Shown: positions 5,653-12,375 of the stretch, piece by piece | Position numbering within the stretch: position 1 is the first letter of the stretch | Layout of the letters: the number at the start of each line of letters is the position of its first letter | Assembly (NCBI GenBank): GCA_031416315.1 | Contig: JANOTL010000014.1 | Location: forward strand, 1 to 12,375 | Length of the DNA stretch: 12,375 nt | From: Pseudomonadota bacterium | GTDB taxonomy: Bacteria; Bdellovibrionota_B; Oligoflexia; Oligoflexales; CAIYRB01 | Reading direction: 5' to 3' | Position numbers and translations under genes: made by a program | The notes under the pieces: model-generated | What the model was told of the DNA's origin: nothing | The model's input: the letters and a program-made list of their open reading frames with translations, nothing else | Databases searched by the model: none

Positions 5653-6782
5653 GCCGTGGCCTCGTCCTGACCGGAGGCGGCGCGCGCGGCGCCTATCAAG
5701 CCGGCGTCGTGCAGGGGCTCGCCGAGATCGCCGCGCGGCACGGCGGCGGCACGCCTTTCGAGGTGGTGACCGGCACGAGCGCCGGAGCGATCAACGCCGC
5801 CTACGTCGCCGCGACCTGCGACGAGTTCGCGGCGGCGGCGCCCCGCCTCGCGAGCTTTTGGAACGGCTTGCGTTCGAGCGACGTCTATCGCACCGACGTG
5901 CTCTCGCTCGGCAAGCTCGGGCTGCGCGTGATCGGCGACCTCACCTTCGGCGGCCTCAAGCGGACGAAGCAGGCGAAGTCTTTGCTCGACACGTCGCCGC
6001 TGCGCGCGCTTCTACGCCAGCGGATTCCGTTCGAGCACATCGCGGAGAATCTCGCGAGCGGCGCGTTGAGCGCGCTTGAGGTGACGGCAACCGACTATGC
6101 GACGGCCGAGTCGATCTCTTTCATCATGGCGCGCGATCCCCAAGTCGGCTGGCAGCGCGCGCGGCGGCGGTCCGAGCGTGCGAGTATTGGCTTAGACCAC
6201 GTCATGGGTTCTTCCGCGTTGCCGATGCTCTTCCCCGCAAGTGCCATCGACGGCCGCCACTTCGGCGACGGTAGCTTGCGCAATCCGGCGCCATTGAGCC
6301 CCGCGATCCGCCTCGGGGCCAACAAGCTGCTGATCGTCGGCGTACGGATGCCGAAGTCGCATTCCGGGGACGCCAGCCGGCCGGATCTGCCGCCGACCTT
6401 GGGCCGTGTGGCGAGCGTGGTCCTCAACGCCGTCCTCATGGACGCGACGGAAGTCGACATCGAGCGGCTGTCGGAGACGAACGCCGTTCTCGCCCGGGTT
6501 CCTGTGACGGAGCGCGCTGGCTTGAAGGCGCGCCCGATCGAGTTCGTCTACCTGCAGCCTTCGGTCGACTTGGGTGCCGTAGCCATCGGCCAGTTCTCGC
6601 GTCTGCCTGACACGATCAAATTCCTGATCGGCGGCCTCGGCTCGAAGCGCGACGCCTCCGAGCTCGCGAGCTATTTGCTCTTCGAGCCGGAGTACTGCGG
6701 GCAGCTTACGGAGATCGGACGGGCCGACGCTCTGAAGAGCGAGGCGGCGATCGTGCGCCTCCTTTTCGAGGTGAAAGCCTAA
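5649..6782 (+). CDS. Patatin-like phospholipase
   Basis: The real start is ATG 5649 (MSRGLVLTGGGARGAYQAG). Gly-rich oxyanion loop GGGARG, nucleophile GTSAG, catalytic Asp in FGDGSLRN, and C-terminal SYLLFE. 377 aa with no signal peptide. Confidence 0.92.
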   Translation: MSRGLVLTGGGARGAYQAGVVQGLAEIAARHGGGTPFEVVTGTSAGAINAAYVAATCDEFAAAAPRLASFWNGLRSSDVYRTDVLSLGKLGLRVIGDLTFGGLKRTKQAKSLLDTSPLRALLRQRIPFEHIAENLASGALSALEVTATDYATAESISFIMARDPQVGWQRARRRSERASIGLDHVMGSSALPMLFPASAIDGRHFGDGSLRNPAPLSPAIRLGANKLLIVGVRMPKSHSGDASRPDLPPTLGRVASVVLNAVLMDATEVDIERLSETNAVLARVPVTERAGLKARPIEFVYLQPSVDLGAVAIGQFSRLPDTIKFLIGGLGSKRDASELASYLLFEPEYCGQLTEIGRADALKSEAAIVRLLFEVKA

Positions 6783-6791
6783 CGCAAGCGC

Positions 6792-6814
6792 CTGGTTCGC
6801 GAGGGCGAACCCAG
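6792..6814 (+). other. GC-rich hairpin downstream of the patatin gene
   Basis: GGTTCGC-GAGG-GCGAACC (6794-6811), extendable via CTGG/CCAG with a bulge. No U-tract, so it may be a pause or mRNA-stability hairpin. Confidence 0.3.
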
Positions 6815-6899
6815 CGGTCCCTCAGCGCGTATTCAAGCTGCAGGAACTCTGATAAAATCCGAGTACCGCCATCCCTCCAAATACGATAAGAGGCACGCC

Positions 6900-8237
6900 A
6901 TGCGCACCCAGGCCCCGCTCTTGGCGTCAGGCGCCGCCATACTCGTCGCGCTTGTTCTCTTCAGCCGCTGCGGCACTCTCCAAAAGGAAGACGACGAGAA
7001 GGCCGCCGTCACGAAGACCAAGAATCCTGAAGGCTCCGTCTGCGCGGTCACGCCGAGCGCGAGCAAAGTCTCCGCCGGCAGCTCCGTCGACCTCGCGGTC
7101 CCAGACGATTTCGACTGGTCGAAGATTGAGAGCATCACCGTCGACGGCGAGCTGGTGCTGACGAAGTCAGCGCCGCGGCAGCAGGTGCAAGTCACCACGA
7201 CGCGCAAATTCGTGGCCGTTACGAAACTGACGGACGGCAGCGAGTCGTCCTGCAAGTTCGAGGTCACAGTGGAAGGCAGCTCGGTGAGCCCGCTTTCCTG
7301 CACGCTCGCGGCGAACCCGACCAAGGCGCCGGTCGGGGGCGGCCCGGTCACGATCACGCTCTCCGTCGTCGGCAGCGGCGGCGCGGACAATGCGACGATC
7401 AACGGGGCGGAGGTCGCGAAGGTCGGGGGCGCGACCACCGTCACCGTCACGACCAAGAAGAGCTTCGTCGGCAAGGTCACGAAAGGCGCGGCGTCGGAGA
7501 CATGCTCCCTCGACGTGGATGTCACCACGACGACGACGACGGAGCCGGTCGCGGGCACGCCTTGCAAGCAGTCGCCCGACTCCAACGACTTTCAGGCGCT
7601 GCAGGCGAAGCAGGAAGCGCACACCATCGAAAACGCGGCCGCGCGGACCGCAGCGCTCGACGCCGCCGTGGCGAGCTCGAGCTTGACGCTGACCGAAGAG
7701 ATCAAGCCGATCTTCATCGGCTATGAAGGCGGCGTGGCGGCGATTTGCGCCAAGCTCGCGGAAGCGGACGCCGTCGAAAAAACCTGTGACCTCGCCGCCG
7801 GCACGAGCCTCGGCACCGAAGATGCCAACGGATTCCGTTGGTTGATGCTCGAGCGGGGCGGAGAGAAGCTCGTCGCCGTCGTGTGGACCGGCTACGAGCT
7901 CGATGGCGACGTGCTCGCCGCGAAGACGGCCGGTGGACCGCGCGTGCTCCACCTTCAGAAGACGCGGAGGCCAGGCGACGAGGTACCATTCAACCACTGC
8001 GCCTGCGATGCTTCCGTCGACGGCAACGGCGCTAGCTCGGGCATCGCACGGAGCTTGCCAGCGCCGCAGACTTCCGCGCTGATCATCCCGGTCGCGACGT
8101 TTCCCGCGCCAGCAACGGTCCTCATCCTAAATGCGCCGTACGACGTCAAGCAGGCCAGCTTCAAAACCATCGAGGTCGACCCTCCAGCCGGTCAAGCCAA
8201 ACCGGAATGCAAGGTGCCGACTGAGGCAGCGACGTGA
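6900..8237 (+). CDS. Hypothetical surface lipoprotein with two tandem beta-sandwich-like repeats, a Thr linker and a C-terminal Cys-containing domain
   Basis: AAGAGG RBS. Signal peptide ending LFSR-C24 (non-canonical lipobox). Repeats bracketed by C48/C118 and C134/C202, then T6, then a C-terminal region containing NHCACD. Confidence 0.8.
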   Translation: MRTQAPLLASGAAILVALVLFSRCGTLQKEDDEKAAVTKTKNPEGSVCAVTPSASKVSAGSSVDLAVPDDFDWSKIESITVDGELVLTKSAPRQQVQVTTTRKFVAVTKLTDGSESSCKFEVTVEGSSVSPLSCTLAANPTKAPVGGGPVTITLSVVGSGGADNATINGAEVAKVGGATTVTVTTKKSFVGKVTKGAASETCSLDVDVTTTTTTEPVAGTPCKQSPDSNDFQALQAKQEAHTIENAAARTAALDAAVASSSLTLTEEIKPIFIGYEGGVAAICAKLAEADAVEKTCDLAAGTSLGTEDANGFRWLMLERGGEKLVAVVWTGYELDGDVLAAKTAGGPRVLHLQKTRRPGDEVPFNHCACDASVDGNGASSGIARSLPAPQTSALIIPVATFPAPATVLILNAPYDVKQASFKTIEVDPPAGQAKPECKVPTEAAT

Positions 8238-9487
8238 TCCGAGGCGGCCGGCTCGATCGCCGCACGCTCGCCGCGTTTCTGGCGGGCAGCGGCGTCACGT
8301 ATGCGGCCACGCGATTCGTAGGGAGCGATCCCGCCGGACTCCCGGGCTTGGCAGCGAGCCTGGCCGGCTCAGGGGCCGGCGCTGCGAGCCGTTTGGCGAT
8401 TCTCGGGACCAAACCTTCCGGACGCATGCCCTACCGCGGCGGCGACAACGGCGCGAGCGTCCTGACCCTCCTCGAACTGGGAACCGGCGTCGCGACGCGC
8501 GTCGGCCTCGACTTTCCCGAGGCGCATGCGCTCGTGGACCTTGGGCCGCACGGCTGGGCCATCGCCGGCAATCACCGCGTCCTCGCGCTGACCGATCGCG
8601 ACTTCCGCGTGCGGCGTCGCGTCGAGGCGCCGGAAGGGCGCGAGTTCGGCGGGCACGCCGTGCTCCTCGCCGACGGCGCGCGCCTTGTTACTGGTCTGCG
8701 CACCGCGCGAAGTGCCGAGGATTCCCTCCTCGGCGAGCTCGCGGTCGTCGACGTGGCTACAGGCGTGACGACCGGGCGCCTCGACTCCGGCGGTTACGAG
8801 CCCCACGACCTACGGCTTTTGGCCGACGGGCGTCTCGTCGTCGCGAACTACGGCAACAAGCGCCGCGCCGACCTGCAAAGCTACGAAGCATTTGCGCCGA
8901 CCATCGCCATCTTCGACGGTGTGAGCCTCAGCCTCGAGAAAGTCGTGCAGGGGCCGAATCTCGGCGCGCTCTCGCACCTCGCGGAGGGACCGCGCGGTAC
9001 GCTCGCGTTGCTGCCGGCTGCCCTCGCAACCCTGGCGCCGGATGCCCTCGCGAGCCTGGCGCAATCTCTCGGCGGCGCCCCGGTGGACCTCAGCCCCCCC
9101 GAGATCATCGAGAACAAGATCGGCCGCCCCGCACCGATCCTGACGCTGGAGCTCGGCAGCGAAAGCTGGCGGTCTTACCTCATCGAGCCGGAAAAACAGC
9201 GGCGCCCGCAATCGATCGCTTGGAGCCCCGAATCGCAAGCGTGGTTCGTAGCGTATCCGTTCGCGGACCAGGTCGCCCGGCTCGGCGTCGACGGCAGCGT
9301 CCGTTTCCGCTCCGGCTTCGAGCTCGGCCTGGCCCACGTGCGCGGCGTCGCGGTCGATCCGGCCGGCGGCGCCGTCTTCGTCTCCGGCCAGTTTCGCGGC
9401 ATATGCCGCATCGATCCCGAGGATCTCACGCCGCTGGCCAGAGTCGACGTGCCTTTGTTTGACGCGGTGCACGTCGCGGTCATTTGA
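8234..9487 (+). CDS. DUF1513-like beta-propeller protein with probable Tat signal
   Basis: GTG start overlaps the upstream TGA as GTGA. N-terminal LDRRTLAAFLAG is twin-arginine-like. EAPEGREFGGHAVLLADG and SGGYEPHDLRLLADGRLVVANYG resemble the conserved DUF1513 blocks (GRHFYGH...; GxGPHE...LVVANGG). Confidence 0.75.
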   Translation: MIRGGRLDRRTLAAFLAGSGVTYAATRFVGSDPAGLPGLAASLAGSGAGAASRLAILGTKPSGRMPYRGGDNGASVLTLLELGTGVATRVGLDFPEAHALVDLGPHGWAIAGNHRVLALTDRDFRVRRRVEAPEGREFGGHAVLLADGARLVTGLRTARSAEDSLLGELAVVDVATGVTTGRLDSGGYEPHDLRLLADGRLVVANYGNKRRADLQSYEAFAPTIAIFDGVSLSLEKVVQGPNLGALSHLAEGPRGTLALLPAALATLAPDALASLAQSLGGAPVDLSPPEIIENKIGRPAPILTLELGSESWRSYLIEPEKQRRPQSIAWSPESQAWFVAYPFADQVARLGVDGSVRFRSGFELGLAHVRGVAVDPAGGAVFVSGQFRGICRIDPEDLTPLARVDVPLFDAVHVAVI

Positions 9488-9509
9488 GGCGGATTAGCGC
9501 GACCTCAAA
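9483..9509. terminator. Inverted repeat spanning two convergent stop codons
   Basis: TTTGAGG (9483-9489) pairs with CCTCAAA (9503-9509), with an inner CG/CG pair. It contains both TGA stops. Confidence 0.25.
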
Positions 9510-10242
9510 GGATCTGATCCAAGAACTGCTTCGCCCGTACCGTCTTCGGCGCCTCGAAGAACGCGGCTGGAGCCCCCTCCTCGACGATCTCGCCCTTGTC
9601 CATGAACAAGACGCGGTCGGCGACCGTCCGCGCGAAGGCCATCTCGTGGGTGACGACCAGCATGGTGACGCCGGTGCCGGCGAGCTCGACCATGACGTCG
9701 AGGACCTCTTTGACCATCTCGGGGTCGAGAGCGGAGGTCGGCTCGTCGAACAAAAGGATGCGCGGGCTCATGCACAACGAGCGCGCGATGGCGACGCGCT
9801 GCTGCTGGCCGCCCGATAGCTGCCCCGGGAACTTCGCGGCTTGGTCGGGGATGCGCACACGCTCCAGGTAACCCATCGCGAGCTTCTCGGCTTCGCCACG
9901 CGCGACCTTCTTTACGTGCATGGGAGCGAGGCAAAGATTCTCGAGGACGGTGAGATGGGGAAAGAGATTGAACTGCTGAAACACCATCCCGACGTCGCGA
10001 CGCACCGCATCGATCTTCTTGCGGTCGTCCGCCGAAGGGCCGAAGACGATGCCGTCGATCGAGATCGTGCCTTCTTCGTGCGTCTCCAGACGGTTCAGAC
10101 ACCGGATCAAGGTCGACTTGCCCGAGCCCGAGGGGCCGCAGAGCACGATCCGCTCGCCTTTGGCAACGGTGAGCGACACGGCGTTCAGAGCCTTGAACTC
10201 GCCGAACGATTTGGTGACGCGCTCGAGAGAGATGATGCTCAT
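9505..10242 (-). CDS. aapP: General L-amino acid ABC transporter ATP-binding subunit
   Basis: Start MSIISLERV at ATG 10242 (ATGA overlap with the aapM stop). Walker [11 protein letters not shown]-loop [10 protein letters not shown], signature LSGGQQQRV, Walker [12 protein letters not shown] and H-loop VTHEM. Confidence 0.95.
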   Translation of the reverse strand: MSIISLERVTKSFGEFKALNAVSLTVAKGERIVLCGPSGSGKSTLIRCLNRLETHEEGTISIDGIVFGPSADDRKKIDAVRRDVGMVFQQFNLFPHLTVLENLCLAPMHVKKVARGEAEKLAMGYLERVRIPDQAAKFPGQLSGGQQQRVAIARSLCMSPRILLFDEPTSALDPEMVKEVLDVMVELAGTGVTMLVVTHEMAFARTVADRVLFMDKGEIVEEGAPAAFFEAPKTVRAKQFLDQIL

Positions 10243-11267
10243 GCTGTACGCCCCGAGTGCGCGAGGCGGTGCTCTAGGCGCGCGCTCGCTCTGGACATGG
10301 TGAAACACAGAATCCAGAAGATCGCGCCTGCGAAGAGATAGCCTTCGGTCGCATAGCCAAGCCATGCCGGATCCGTAAGCGTCGCCTGCACGATGCCGAG
10401 GAGGTCGAACATCCCGATGATGAGCACCAGAGTCGTGTCTTTCACCAGGCTGATGAAGGAGTTTACGATTCCAGGAATCACGTGACGCAGCGCCTGCGGC
10501 AGGATGATGAGGCGCTGCGCCTGCCAATAGGACAGAGCCAATGCATGCGCGGCCTCGAACTGACCTTTCGGAATCGCCTGCAGCCCCCCGCGCACGACCT
10601 CGGCCATGTAAGCCGAGGAAAAGAGCGACACGCCGACCAGCGCTCGCAGCAGCTTGTCGAAGTTGACGCCTTCCGGGAGCGTGAGCGGCAGCATCACGGA
10701 CGCCATGAACAGCACGGAGATCAGCGGCACGCCGCGCCAAAGCTCGATGAAGGCGACGCAGAGTCCTTTGATGATCGGCGGATTCGAGCGCCGGCCGAGG
10801 GCCAGGAGGATGCCCGCCGGCAAGGAGAACGCGATACCGACCAAGGCGATGATCAAAGTGAGCATGAGCCCGCCCCACTTGGCCGTCGGCGCGCCGCCCA
10901 AGAGGAGCGCGAAGGCGAGAAGCGGAAAGACGGTGACGAGAGATAGGACCACGTACTTGCGCCACCGAAACGAGCGAACGAGCGCCAAGCCGCTCCAAGC
11001 GATCAAAACCGCGAAGCTCAAGTTCACGCGCCACAGCTGGTCTTCCGGATAGAAGCCGTAGATGAATTGGCGCCAACGCTGACCGATGAAGACCCAGCAA
11101 GCGCCGCCCGACTTGCAGTCCTCGCGCGTCACTCCGACGAAGTTCGCATCGAAGAGGGCCCAGCCGAGAATCTTCGGGACGAGCCACGCGAGGAGCGCCA
11201 CGATCGTGAGCGTGACGAGCGAGTCGAGCACGGTCGCGAAGAGGTTCTTCCGGATCCACTTCAGCAT
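10239..11267 (-). CDS. aapM: General L-amino acid ABC transporter permease (AapM/BztC-like)
   Basis: WIRKNLF, C-x3-GACWVFI...[32 protein letters not shown] and the EAA loop [12 protein letters not shown] 11267 overlaps the aapQ stop as TGATG, with GGAGG upstream. Confidence 0.92.
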   Translation of the reverse strand: MLKWIRKNLFATVLDSLVTLTIVALLAWLVPKILGWALFDANFVGVTREDCKSGGACWVFIGQRWRQFIYGFYPEDQLWRVNLSFAVLIAWSGLALVRSFRWRKYVVLSLVTVFPLLAFALLLGGAPTAKWGGLMLTLIIALVGIAFSLPAGILLALGRRSNPPIIKGLCVAFIELWRGVPLISVLFMASVMLPLTLPEGVNFDKLLRALVGVSLFSSAYMAEVVRGGLQAIPKGQFEAAHALALSYWQAQRLIILPQALRHVIPGIVNSFISLVKDTTLVLIIGMFDLLGIVQATLTDPAWLGYATEGYLFAGAIFWILCFTMSRASARLEHRLAHSGRTA

Positions 11268-12223
11268 CAACGCTCCTCCAGAGCGAAGCGCCGGTTCCAG
11301 AAGTTCATGCCGAAAGAGATCAGGAGGCTGAGGACGAGATAGACCCCCATCGTGATCGCGATCACCTCGACGGCCTGTCCCGTCTGCGTCAGGACGGTGC
11401 CGGCGAAGACCAGCACCAGGTCCGGATAAGCAATCGCCGCGGCGAGCGAGGAATTCTTAATCAGATTCAGATATTGGCTCGTCAGCGGCGGCACGACGAC
11501 GCGCATCGCCTGCGGTAGGACGACGAGACGGAGGATTTGGGCGCGCGACAGGCCGAGCGCTTCGGCCGCCTCATGCTGGCCTTTCGGAACCGAAAGAATG
11601 CCGGCGCGCACGATCTCGGCGATGAAGGCAGCGGTATAGGTCGACAGCGCAAAAACGAGAGCCAGAAGCTCTGGAATGATCGCAACACCGCCCTCGAAGT
11701 TGAAGCCTTCGAGCTTGGGCACCGAGTCGAACCACGGAATGTAGATGCCGCGGTTGTTTAGGAAAAAGAGGTCGAACAGGGAGTAGCTGTCGCGCACCTC
11801 CGGCAGGGAGCGTAGGGCCGCGAAGTACCAAAAGAAGAGGTGGAGCAACAGAGGGATGTTCCGCACGACCTCGACGTAGGCCAAAGCGAGACGCGACAAG
11901 AGGAAGTTGTGCGACAGACGCGCGATGCCAAGCGTAAAGCCTACGGTCGTAGCGAAGATGACGCCGAGAATGGACACGAGAAGCGTGTTGCACAGGGCGA
12001 CGAAGAAGGCGCGGCCGTAGGTCGACCCGGGGCCGTAGGCGATCAGGCTCTGGATAATCTCGAAGCCCGCGTTTTTCCCTAGAAAATCGAAGCCCGAGGC
12101 AATGCCCTGACGCTGCAAGTTGAGCGCCAGATTGTGACCCGCGTAAGCGAGAAACAAGGCGACGGCCAAGACCGCGGACGCCTGCGTCAGGAGAGCGCGT
12201 CTCGTCGTCGCGCTCTTCTGCAT
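11267..12223 (-). CDS. aapQ: General L-amino acid ABC transporter permease (AapQ/BztB-like)
   Basis: GIASGFDFL...[47 protein letters not shown] and KNSSLA. Start at ATG 12223 (TGATG overlap with the aapJ stop), not GTG 12265. Confidence 0.92.
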   Translation of the reverse strand: MQKSATTRRALLTQASAVLAVALFLAYAGHNLALNLQRQGIASGFDFLGKNAGFEIIQSLIAYGPGSTYGRAFFVALCNTLLVSILGVIFATTVGFTLGIARLSHNFLLSRLALAYVEVVRNIPLLLHLFFWYFAALRSLPEVRDSYSLFDLFFLNNRGIYIPWFDSVPKLEGFNFEGGVAIIPELLALVFALSTYTAAFIAEIVRAGILSVPKGQHEAAEALGLSRAQILRLVVLPQAMRVVVPPLTSQYLNLIKNSSLAAAIAYPDLVLVFAGTVLTQTGQAVEVIAITMGVYLVLSLLISFGMNFWNRRFALEER

Positions 12224-12375
12224 CAGCGAACGGGCATCGGGTACTGAAGGCCGCCGTCTTTCCACAGCTTGTTCTGACCGCGCGCGATCTTCAAGGCCGA
12301 GTCGGCGCCGAGGTTGCGGTCGAAGCTTTCGGCGTAGTTGCCGACGAGCTTGACGATCTTCGCGGCCCAGTCGGT
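12223..12375 (-). CDS. aapJ: General L-amino acid ABC transporter substrate-binding protein, C-terminal 50 aa (partial)
   Basis: Not in the ORF track. My translation is TDWAAKIVKLVGNYAESFDRNLGADSALKIARGQNKLWKDGGLQYPMPVR*, the characteristic AapJ/BztA C-terminus (VGNY.E.F.RNLG...RG.N.LW..GG.QY..P.R). Confidence 0.92.
   Translation of the reverse strand, partial: TDWAAKIVKLVGNYAESFDRNLGADSALKIARGQNKLWKDGGLQYPMPVR

Noticed and set aside
5649..6782. Patatin as a CBASS (CapV-type) anti-phage effector
   Set aside because: No CD-NTase or other defence genes are in the window, and the context is not a defence island.
6845..6860. Possible Fur box (TGATAAAAT) upstream of the lipoprotein-DUF1513 unit
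   Set aside because: Only a half-site-like match, with no dyad symmetry.
8131..9462. 443-aa Arg-rich overlapping ORF, and the other long antisense or alternate-frame ORFs (e.g. 597..1574, 7167..7997)
   Set aside because: These are shadow ORFs expected at high GC. They have Arg/Pro/Ala-biased composition and no motifs, and they overlap well-supported genes.
10243..11259. Apparent 584-aa ABC ATPase with a long N-terminal domain
   Set aside because: This is an alternative frame of aapM. The ATPase begins at ATG 10242 via ATGA coupling.
1..12375. CRISPR arrays, IS elements or integrases, tRNA/rRNA, frameshifted pseudogenes
   Set aside because: I saw no regularly spaced repeats, transposase or integrase motifs, or cloverleaf structures. 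All recognised genes read through in a single frame.

Overview
A GC-rich bacterial chromosomal window, densely coding, with no mobile element, CRISPR array, tRNA or rRNA that I can see. From left to right it holds: (1) the 5' end of an MFS transporter (-), divergent from an operon of a small 4-TM protein, a Rieske non-heme iron oxygenase alpha subunit and an M48 lipoprotein peptidase; (2) an Ogt/AGT-fold protein with its own promoter, which keeps the PCHR cysteine but has lost the base-flipping Tyr and the Arg finger; (3) a secreted cupredoxin (-) with an unusual His/Cys/His/His ligand set; (4) a structured, GGA-rich ~120-nt non-coding element ending in a strong intrinsic terminator just upstream of that cupredoxin; (5) a Cys-rich lipoprotein with an EF-hand-like loop (-); (6) an AT-rich divergent promoter with a perfect 14-bp palindrome; (7) a secreted Cys/Lys-rich protein coupled to a patatin-like phospholipase; (8) a tandem-repeat lipoprotein coupled to a Tat-exported DUF1513-like beta-propeller; and (9) a convergent aapJQMP amino-acid ABC transporter operon (aapJ partial). 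The most promising novelties are the candidate ncRNA, the His-ligated cupredoxin, the DNA-binding-deficient AGT and DUF1513 outside its usual context. All family calls come from motif recognition by eye; no searches were run.
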